From Bacteroidaceae bacterium (GTDB lineage: Bacteria > Bacteroidota > Bacteroidia > Bacteroidales > UBA932): DNA of 64,000 nt. Positions 53,628 to 60,368 of the stretch are shown here, piece after piece (the stretch's first letter is position 1; each line of letters starts with the position of its first letter). Under the pieces are notes generated by a model that saw only the letters and a list, made by a program, of their open reading frames with translations, was not told where the DNA came from and did not search any database. A program made the position numbers and the translations under genes. Location: the NCBI GenBank assembly GCA_963642795.1, contig CAVIHT010000007.1, forward strand, positions 11,529 through 75,528, given 5' to 3'.

Positions 53628-55349
53628 ATGTCCGAGGCGGATTACATGTTCCCGACCTCCAAAAAGGAGGTTGAAGCCTTAGGGTGGGACTACATTGACA
53701 TCATCCTTTTCACGGGTGACGCCTTTGTGGACCACCCTTCTTTCGGTACGGCGTGCATTGCCCGTTGGCTTCAGCGTTTCGGCTACAGGGTGGCTGTCGT
53801 GCCGCAGCCCAATTGGAGGGATGACCTCAGGGATTTCAAGAAACTGGGCGCTCCGAGACTTTATTTCGGGGTCAATGCCGGAGCCATGGATTCGATGGTG
53901 AACCACTATACCGCTGGCAAGCGTCTCCGTCATGATGACGCATACACTCCGGATGGCAAGGCCGGACAGAGACCGGACTATGCGGTCAGTGTCTATACGA
54001 ACATATTGAAGGAGATTTATCCTGACGTCCCGGTCATCATCGGCGGTGTCGAGGCCTCGCTCCGCAGACTCACCCACTATGACTATTGGAAGGATGAGCT
54101 GGTTCCGTCCATTCTGGAGTGGTGCAAGGCTGATTACCTTTGCTACGGAATGGGGGAGAAGCCGATGCTTGAGCTGACAAGGGCCATTGATGCGCGGAGG
54201 AATATTCACGAGATCCACAGGATCCCGCAGATCGCTTTCCGGATGAGCGGGAAATGGAGGGTTAAGGATCCGCTGGTGCTGCATTCGTTCGAGGAGTGCA
54301 AGAAGGACAAAACGGCGTTTGCGGAGAATTTCCATCTGATTGAGACACACGCTAACATGATGCATCCGGCCACGATCGTCGAGCCAGTCGGGAACGGTTA
54401 CGTGCAGGTCAATCCGCCATATTCCCCGTCCACCACCGATGAGATGGACTCGTTCTGGGATCTTCCTTTCACCAAACTGCCGCATCCTCGCTACAAGGGG
54501 AAGAGGATTCCGGCATATGACATGATCAAGGATTCGATCATCACGCACCGTGGCTGCTTCGGAGGGTGTAATTTCTGCACCATCGCGGCTCATCAGGGGA
54601 AGTTCATCCAGTCCCGTTCGCAGGCTTCTATCTTGGCTGAGGTGAAGAAGTTGGTCAAGATGCCCGGGTTTGCCGGGAATATCTCTGATCTTGGGGCTCC
54701 AACCGCGAACATGTACGGGATGACGGGCAAGAATCCTGCTCTCTGTGACAAATGCCGCAGGAAATCATGTCTGTTCCCGGCTCCGTGTCCGAACATGAAC
54801 AGGTCTCACAAACAGATTCTTGAACTGTACCGGAAAGTGGACGCCGTGCCGGGGATCCGCCATTCCTACATCGGCAGCGGAATCCGTTACGACCTTTTTC
54901 TGGACGAGAACGGCTTTGTGGACGAGACCTCCAAGCCATATCTCTCCACTTTGATTCTTGACCACACTTCAGGGCGATTGAAGGTGGCTCCGGAGCACAC
55001 GGAGGACAAGGTGCTCCAGTATCTCGCCAAACCGTCGTTCAAACTGTTCGTGCGTCTGCGCGCCGAATTCGACAAGATCTGCGCGCGGTACGGCCGCCGT
55101 ACCGGAATAGTGCCGTACTTCATCTCATCCCACCCCGGCTGCACGATGAAGGACATGGAGAACCTTTCCAAAAATCCCGCTTTGAAGGGAATCTACATGG
55201 ATCAGGTGCAGGACTTCACCCCGACTCCGATGACCACGTCATCCGTTATGTACTACACCGGAATCGATCCCCGGAACATGAAACCTGTGTTCGTGGAACG
55301 TGATCCGGAGAAGAAGAGGAGGCAGAAAACTTTTTTTTTCAGAAAATAG
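53628..55349 (+). CDS. YgiQ family (UPF0313) radical SAM protein
   Basis: The track start is TTG inside argS. The ATG at 53628 gives MSEADYMFPTSKKEVEALGWDYIDIILFTGDAFVDHPSFG. The radical-SAM motif is CFGGCNFC. Confidence 0.9.
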   Translation: MSEADYMFPTSKKEVEALGWDYIDIILFTGDAFVDHPSFGTACIARWLQRFGYRVAVVPQPNWRDDLRDFKKLGAPRLYFGVNAGAMDSMVNHYTAGKRLRHDDAYTPDGKAGQRPDYAVSVYTNILKEIYPDVPVIIGGVEASLRRLTHYDYWKDELVPSILEWCKADYLCYGMGEKPMLELTRAIDARRNIHEIHRIPQIAFRMSGKWRVKDPLVLHSFEECKKDKTAFAENFHLIETHANMMHPATIVEPVGNGYVQVNPPYSPSTTDEMDSFWDLPFTKLPHPRYKGKRIPAYDMIKDSIITHRGCFGGCNFCTIAAHQGKFIQSRSQASILAEVKKLVKMPGFAGNISDLGAPTANMYGMTGKNPALCDKCRRKSCLFPAPCPNMNRSHKQILELYRKVDAVPGIRHSYIGSGIRYDLFLDENGFVDETSKPYLSTLILDHTSGRLKVAPEHTEDKVLQYLAKPSFKLFVRLRAEFDKICARYGRRTGIVPYFISSHPGCTMKDMENLSKNPALKGIYMDQVQDFTPTPMTTSSVMYYTGIDPRNMKPVFVERDPEKKRRQKTFFFRK

Positions 55350-55428
55350 TGAAATGGTTGTTTATCTATTCGGAAAAATGTCTTAATATTGCACCCGAAA
55401 ACGATGAACAATATTTTATTCGGTTTAT

Positions 55429-55797
55429 ATGAGTATGGCACCTGATCAGAAGAAAAGACACGTGGTAAGCTACGAGAACATGTCCGAGGCTCTTGCCGCT
55501 GCTTTCAATGAGAAATATCCTAAAGGCTTCAGCGATTATCTCCCCGACCTTGTAAAGTACCCCAAACCGGACGGCACGACATTCTATGCCGTGACTGTCG
55601 AGACCGAGGACTCGATCAACCTTGTCAAGATCAAGGTCAAGACCGATGATGTCGAGGCTCTTGAACGATGGCTTGATGGCGAGGAGGACGCTGAGAACGA
55701 GGAGGTTGCAGGTGCTTCAGCCGATGCTCCGGCCGATTCCGCTCTTCCCGATGACAACATCTCCCAGTACGGAGGAGACGACGACAACGCCGAATAA
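55429..55797 (+). CDS. hypothetical acidic protein (122 aa)
   Basis: ATG start. It has a compact N-terminal domain followed by a strongly acidic, low-complexity tail (DGEEDAENEE...GGDDDNAE). Confidence 0.5.
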   Translation: MSMAPDQKKRHVVSYENMSEALAAAFNEKYPKGFSDYLPDLVKYPKPDGTTFYAVTVETEDSINLVKIKVKTDDVEALERWLDGEEDAENEEVAGASADAPADSALPDDNISQYGGDDDNAE

Positions 55798-55814
55798 TCA
55801 TCCTCGGTCAGTCG

Positions 55815-56633
55815 CTACAGCAGCTTCGCCAGACTGTCATAGTACTGCTTGCTGACGGGAATATGACCGACCCCATCCCTTATGAACTCGGTGTAGATCA
55901 CCCCGTCCTTGTCCCGGCTCAGCACCTTGATGTGCCGAGGGTTCACGTAGTACGATCTGTGACAACGCGCGAATCCATGTCTTACCGCTTCGCCTTCAAG
56001 GCTTTTCATCGAATTTCTCAACTGGTAGGTCTTGACCCGGTCATTCTCCAGATAGTGGATGTTGATGTAGTTGGCGTCCGCGCTAACATATAGCACCGCC
56101 GCCGGATCGATCGTCAGCTTCAGCCTCTTATGCTCGTCATAGAACTTGACAAGCGACTCTTCCGGAGCTTTTCCGGCATCCTGCAGATCCAGATTCTTGT
56201 TTGAGATGATCCGCAGAAGAATGCTCAGGAGATAGGGATAGACCAAAGTCAGGCAGACAACCTCAAAGCAGTAGGGGAGAGCCGTGAAGTAAGGCATCCC
56301 TCCATCCTTTCTGTAGAACAGGGATGTGTACAGCGCGAAGAAGAACGCCGTGACCAGCACCTCTCCGAAGCACCAGACCACATAGTGCCACCATTTGAAA
56401 GGAATATACTTGTAGAGAAACGAGAAGACAAGCCTGGTCAAGGCCAGCACCCCGAGCATGATGCAAGACAGCATCAGCAGATGGAAGGTCCACGATTTTC
56501 CGCCCACGTCGTAGAAATCCGACATGGAGAACGGATTATAGACAAAGCAGAACACAAAGAAGAACAGCGGCAGCAGAACCGCATACTTGACTTGGCGTCC
56601 GTAGCCTTTTGAAACTCTCAACGGTGTGTCCAT
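55815..56633 (-). CDS. membrane-anchored LytTR family DNA-binding protein
   Basis: About 4 N-terminal TM helices precede a C-terminal LytTR domain (LYVSADANYINIHYLENDRVKTYQLRNSMKSLE...CHRSYYVNPRHI). There is no receiver domain. Confidence 0.8.
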   Translation of the reverse strand: MDTPLRVSKGYGRQVKYAVLLPLFFFVFCFVYNPFSMSDFYDVGGKSWTFHLLMLSCIMLGVLALTRLVFSFLYKYIPFKWWHYVVWCFGEVLVTAFFFALYTSLFYRKDGGMPYFTALPYCFEVVCLTLVYPYLLSILLRIISNKNLDLQDAGKAPEESLVKFYDEHKRLKLTIDPAAVLYVSADANYINIHYLENDRVKTYQLRNSMKSLEGEAVRHGFARCHRSYYVNPRHIKVLSRDKDGVIYTEFIRDGVGHIPVSKQYYDSLAKLL

Positions 56634-56646
56634 GACCTGCGTTTTT

Positions 56647-56716
56647 TTTGTCCCGAGGCTGAAATTTCGTCCCGATTCACTCTGGGACGAAAAATCAGAA
56701 TCCGGTTTTTCGTCCC
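56647..56716 (-). promoter_or_regulatory. four GGGAC(G)AAA repeats forming alternative hairpins in the LytTR gene leader
   Basis: On the plus strand: TTTGTCCC 56647-54, TTTCGTCCC 56665-73, GGGACGAAAAA 56684-94 and TTTTTCGTCCC 56706-16. The central arm pairs perfectly with either neighbour, over 9 bp or 11 bp. Confidence 0.6.
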
Positions 56717-56807
56717 TAATTTAATCAAATTTTTCCGCCAAGGCAATCTTTTATGTCTTTTTTACAATCCCTTGCCACACTTCCTTCGTCACATTGCCGT
56801 GATTGGA

Positions 56808-56815
56808 TACCTTTG
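56808..56815 (+). promoter_or_regulatory. -7 promoter box TACCTTTG upstream of the thioesterase gene
   Basis: Exact TAnnTTTG match, 52 nt upstream of the ATG at 56867. Confidence 0.45.
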
Positions 56816-56866
56816 CAATGTCCTGACAGGAAGGTTCCTTCCCGGAAGGAGTAAAATCATTAGGAA

Positions 56867-57583
56867 ATGACACGGATTGTTAACACTTTTGAATATTCGG
56901 TAGCCCCGGAACACATCGACTACCAGGGACACGCCACCGTTCCGTCAATCTGCGGAAGCATCATCAACGCCATCGGTCAGAACATCCGCAAGGAAGGATG
57001 CGGAATCGATGTGATGAAAAAAGCGGGACGTTCGTGGGTTCTTTTGCGCTCGGCTTTTGAGATAGACGAGCGTCCCGCTCTTTACGACAACTACAACGTC
57101 ATGGTCTGGCCGGTGAAAGGCAAAGGGCTTACCTACAGCAGGTGTGTCAAACTCACTGATGCGGAAGGAGAGGAGATCGGACGTGGCACGACCGAATGGT
57201 GTGTTATCGACATCGGCACCAGAAAACCGATCTTCCCGGAACTGGGACTTATGGATGTGGACATTCCCGTGCCTTGCAGAAGTCCGAGACGGATTCTGGA
57301 TTTCCTCCCGGATTTCATCAAACATAAGGAGGTCGGTTACAGCGAGTGCGATTTCAACGGACACCTGAACAACACCCATTACATCGAGATGTTCTATAAC
57401 CTCTTGCCTGAGAGCGTGTTGTCAAGCGGGCTTTTCACAAGGATCGACATCAACTTCAGACGTGAGGTTCACCGCGGGGATGACGTGGCTTTCGGAATCC
57501 GCAAGGCCAGTGACGATGAGTACCTCTTTATCGCGAAAGCGGGAGACGCGACACTCTGCCACGCCTCCCTGCAAGCCATTTAG
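56867..57583 (+). CDS. acyl-[acyl-carrier-protein] thioesterase (tandem hotdog fold)
   Basis: 238 aa. The N-terminus FEYSVAPEHIDYQGHATVPSICGSIINA and the second-half ECDFNGHLNNTHYIEMF are typical of acyl-ACP thioesterases. Confidence 0.75.
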   Translation: MTRIVNTFEYSVAPEHIDYQGHATVPSICGSIINAIGQNIRKEGCGIDVMKKAGRSWVLLRSAFEIDERPALYDNYNVMVWPVKGKGLTYSRCVKLTDAEGEEIGRGTTEWCVIDIGTRKPIFPELGLMDVDIPVPCRSPRRILDFLPDFIKHKEVGYSECDFNGHLNNTHYIEMFYNLLPESVLSSGLFTRIDINFRREVHRGDDVAFGIRKASDDEYLFIAKAGDATLCHASLQAI

Positions 57584-57609
57584 CCTCTAAATCAAACCTC
57601 TGTCGTGAA

Positions 57610-58563
57610 TCAGTCAACCTTTTCCACCGAAGCCGTTTTTCCGCGGATTGTAGCGTTGACGTCAGCTGGAGCCTTGTATCTGATTTTTGAAGTGCCTGTC
57701 GCGTCTTTGATCGTGATGGATCGTGTCACGTTGACACCGCAGGAGGCAGCCCCGGAAGCCTGGATGACCGCATCCTCCGTGACGGCGCCCATCGCCTTGA
57801 CCTTGGCGGCTCCGGAAGTGTCAGCATTCAACAGACCCACCGTCCCTTTCAGGCGCAGCTCGCAGGCTCCCGACGCCTCTATGTCGGCCGTCCCGAAAGT
57901 CCCGTCAAAGGTAGTGTTGGACGCTCCGCTGACTTCAGCCTCCAGCCTGTCCGCATTGATTGTGAAAGAACCTGTCGCGGCCCCTGAAATCTCGAGCTCC
58001 GCCTCGCCAATTTCCCCTGTGATCTCGTAGGAGCTGGCTCCGCTGATGTCAGCCTCCAGTTTCCCGGCGTTGACGTTCAGTGAAGCGAGCCGGCTGGCCC
58101 CGCCCATGTCCAGAGAGAATTCTCCTCTCCCGAGGTCAAAGGTGTCGCTGCATTGCAGACTTGTCACCCCGGACATCTCAAGCTCCCTGAGCGAAGGCAT
58201 GTGAATCTCGGCCTCGCAGGTCCAGCCGCTCGAATTCTTCAGGAACTTAGGAGGAATGTTCCTCTTCCATCCGATTTTCAGCTCACCCTCCTCGACACGC
58301 ACCAGAAGGCATTCCTCAAGCTCCCGTGGCAGCGTGACTTCGACCTTGTACGTGTCCGACCTGACGAGGTTGACTTTGACGCTTCCGCTGAGATCCAAGC
58401 CCGTGAACCCCTTGCAGCCGAATTTGCAGGTGGTGTAGTCAACGTTCTTCCCGGAAGGCACCGACTGGTACGGCGTTTCGCCCTGACGTTCGCCCGGTAA
58501 ACTGAAAGCCATGGTTGCAAGCAACATGAGAGCCGCAGCTCCAAAAATCATTAACTTTTTCAT
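57610..58563 (-). CDS. DUF2807 ('head GIN' / putative adhesin head) domain protein, secreted
   Basis: It has a signal peptide and a repetitive beta-solenoid-like pattern (..SGASSYEITG..ISGAATGSFT..VSGASNTTFDG..ASGACELRLKG..TSGAAKVKAMG..). Its start overlaps the upstream stop (ATGA). Confidence 0.75.
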   Translation of the reverse strand: MKKLMIFGAAALMLLATMAFSLPGERQGETPYQSVPSGKNVDYTTCKFGCKGFTGLDLSGSVKVNLVRSDTYKVEVTLPRELEECLLVRVEEGELKIGWKRNIPPKFLKNSSGWTCEAEIHMPSLRELEMSGVTSLQCSDTFDLGRGEFSLDMGGASRLASLNVNAGKLEADISGASSYEITGEIGEAELEISGAATGSFTINADRLEAEVSGASNTTFDGTFGTADIEASGACELRLKGTVGLLNADTSGAAKVKAMGAVTEDAVIQASGAASCGVNVTRSITIKDATGTSKIRYKAPADVNATIRGKTASVEKVD

Positions 58564-59078
58564 AACTCTTTTATTTTGTTGATTTTGTCTAGTCCGTTGA
58601 GTAACTTTCCATAGTAATTCTTGAGAACCTCCGCCTTCGCCGCGTCATCCATTTCCTCCGGCAGCAGGTCAATCATCGGCACAGTCTCCTCTGCGACGCT
58701 CCCGACCGTAATCCCCCACTTCCCGTCAATGTCTTTTGTGAGGATTTTCCTGTACATGGAAGTCGCTTTCTCCGAATATGTCAGATAAACCTCCGTCGGG
58801 TCATCCGCCACGTCGGCGAACCAATCAACCTCACCGGCGGGACGGTTTATGAATATGACGGCGGCTATGACTGCCGCAGCCGCGGCTGTGAGGACGCTGA
58901 ATGCCCTTATGAGCCTCCGATGTCTTTCCGGAGTCGCAGTCATGGTGATTCCGTCCACATGACCGACATTCAGCAAAGCGTCCAGTTTCGCCTCGAACCG
59001 CTTCTCGTGTCCCTCCGGCAATTCCATATCGTCCAGAATCTCCGGATTCCTGTTGACATATTCTTTAAAGTCTGTCAT
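58560..59078 (-). CDS. single-pass membrane protein, putative anti-sigma factor
   Basis: It has one TM helix (FSVLTAAAAAVIAAVIF). It is translationally overlapped with the ECF sigma gene upstream and the DUF2807 gene downstream. There is no recognisable zinc anti-sigma motif. Confidence 0.5.
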   Translation of the reverse strand: MTDFKEYVNRNPEILDDMELPEGHEKRFEAKLDALLNVGHVDGITMTATPERHRRLIRAFSVLTAAAAAVIAAVIFINRPAGEVDWFADVADDPTEVYLTYSEKATSMYRKILTKDIDGKWGITVGSVAEETVPMIDLLPEEMDDAAKAEVLKNYYGKLLNGLDKINKIKEL

Positions 59079-59580
59079 ATTCCAACTCTTTTAATTTCTC
59101 GGCCAATTTTGCCCTGCCTCTTGAGAACTGTGTCCTGAGAGTGCCTTCACGCTCGCCGGTCAGAGAGGCTATCTCCTCATAGTCAAGTCCTTCAAGCAGA
59201 ACCAGGTTCAGTATCAGTCTGTAGTTGTCCGGCAACTCATCAATAGCCTTGCGGATTCTGACTGCCTCCGAGACTGTCCCTGAGAACTCGATCGGGCTGT
59301 CGCTGACATGTTCGGAAGCCTCTGCGGCATACTCCTCAAGGAAGGTTTTCTCCCGTTTTTTCCGCCTTACGGCATCGATTGATTTCCTGATGCATGTCCG
59401 GCTCAGCCACGTTGCGATCTGTGCCGGGTCTTTGGGAACGATGTCCGACGAGATGAACCTGAGGATGGTGTCCTGCATGATCTCCTCGGCCTCGCCGCTG
59501 TCGCGGACTATCCGAAGGCTTGTGTTGTAAAGCCTTTTGGCGTGCGCCTTGTAGAATGCTATGGACTCTTCTCTTGTCAT
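59065..59580 (-). CDS. ECF-type RNA polymerase sigma-70 family factor
   Basis: The track start at 59601 is TTG; the ATG at 59580 gives MTREESIAFYKAH. Its regions 2 and 4 (LLEGLDYEEIASLTGEREGTLRTQFSRGRAKL) are typical of ECF sigma factors. Confidence 0.9.
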   Translation of the reverse strand: MTREESIAFYKAHAKRLYNTSLRIVRDSGEAEEIMQDTILRFISSDIVPKDPAQIATWLSRTCIRKSIDAVRRKKREKTFLEEYAAEASEHVSDSPIEFSGTVSEAVRIRKAIDELPDNYRLILNLVLLEGLDYEEIASLTGEREGTLRTQFSRGRAKLAEKLKELEYDRL

Positions 59581-59605
59581 CGTTTCTTTGTCGTTCCACA
59601 ATATA

Positions 59606-59630
59606 AACGAATATTTCCGTTCGTTGTTAC
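59606..59630 (-). promoter_or_regulatory. candidate ECF-type promoter GTAAC-N16-CGTT
   Basis: On the minus strand GTAAC (59630-59626) is followed by a 16-nt spacer and CGTT (59609-59606), about 25 nt upstream of the ATG at 59580. It resembles generic ECF -35/-10 architecture. Confidence 0.3.
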
Positions 59631-59646
59631 AGAAATCTCATAATAT

Positions 59647-59695
59647 TTAGTAAGCGTTAAAAATAATTCCTCTTTTTTCTTACGCGGCCTTTCCG
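59647..59695 (-). repeat. copy B of the dispersed intergenic element
   Basis: 59660-59695 matches 49222-49257 at 35 of 36 positions. Gapped similarity continues to 59647. Confidence 0.9.
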
Positions 59696-59761
59696 TCAGA
59701 CAAGGCGGCCGACCTGATTCCGCCGAAGCGTCGGGCGGGAAGAAGCGGTAGGCATACAACG

Positions 59762-59845
59762 AAAAAGCCCGGAGTCTCCCGACCGCAGGCTATTTCATTT
59801 CATTTGGCTTAAAAGATTCTTGTTTTGTGACGATAATCACTATCC
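59762..59845 (-). ncRNA. candidate small RNA or attenuated leader (about 85 nt)
   Basis: An exact -7 box TACCTTTG lies at 59851-59858 on the minus strand. About 55 nt after the predicted start, a GC-rich hairpin (59767-59790, about 9 pairs with 1 mismatch, GGGA loop) is followed by UUUUU (59762-59766). Confidence 0.35.
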
Positions 59846-60002
59846 GAATGCAAAGGTACGTCCTTCGCCCGACTGCCGCAATACCAACATGTTGGTAAAG
59901 AAGTCCGCCCCGCGCGCCGGAATCATACCAAGATTTCCGGAATTTATAGTATAGTCATCGTGACGCAGACTTCGCCTGACACGATAAATCAATATTTTTC
60001 CG

Positions 60003-60010
60003 TACTTTTG
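60003..60010 (+). promoter_or_regulatory. -7 promoter box TACTTTTG upstream of the DUF4491 gene
   Basis: Exact TAnnTTTG match, 19 nt upstream of the ATG at 60029. Confidence 0.45.
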
Positions 60011-60028
60011 CTCCCAAAATTTCAAAAT

Positions 60029-60364
60029 ATGAACTTCACTGGGATCATTGTCGGCGCGGCGACCTTTCTTATCATAGGAATATGCCATCCTATTGTCATA
60101 AAGATGGAATATCATTGGGGCAAGGGCAGCTGGTGGCTGCTGTTGCTTGTGGGGCTGGCTTTCGCCGCCGCATCCATATTCATGGAAGGGGATGTGCTGT
60201 CAACGATTCTTGGCGCCGCGGCATTCTCATGCTTCTGGGGCATCCTGGAAGTGTTCGAGCAGGAAGAGAGGGTGTTGAAGGGCTGGTTCCCCGAGAATCC
60301 GGCGCGTCATGATTATTACGAGGCCATCCGCCGAAAAGACAACGGAAACAATATAACAATATAA
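60029..60364 (+). CDS. small membrane protein (DUF4491-like)
   Basis: The ATG at 60029 gives MNFTGIIVGAATFLIIGICHPIVIKMEYHWGKGSWW. It has 3 TM segments. The track ORF's upstream extension runs through the promoter box. The family name is from memory. Confidence 0.6.
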   Translation: MNFTGIIVGAATFLIIGICHPIVIKMEYHWGKGSWWLLLLVGLAFAAASIFMEGDVLSTILGAAAFSCFWGILEVFEQEERVLKGWFPENPARHDYYEAIRRKDNGNNITI

Positions 60365-60368
60365 CAGC

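Noticed and set aside
59889-59954. A 21-aa ORF (MLVKKSAPRAGIIPRFPEFIV) in the GC-rich intergenic region
   Set aside because: It is too short, has no promoter box or conservation evidence, and ORFs of this length are expected by chance.
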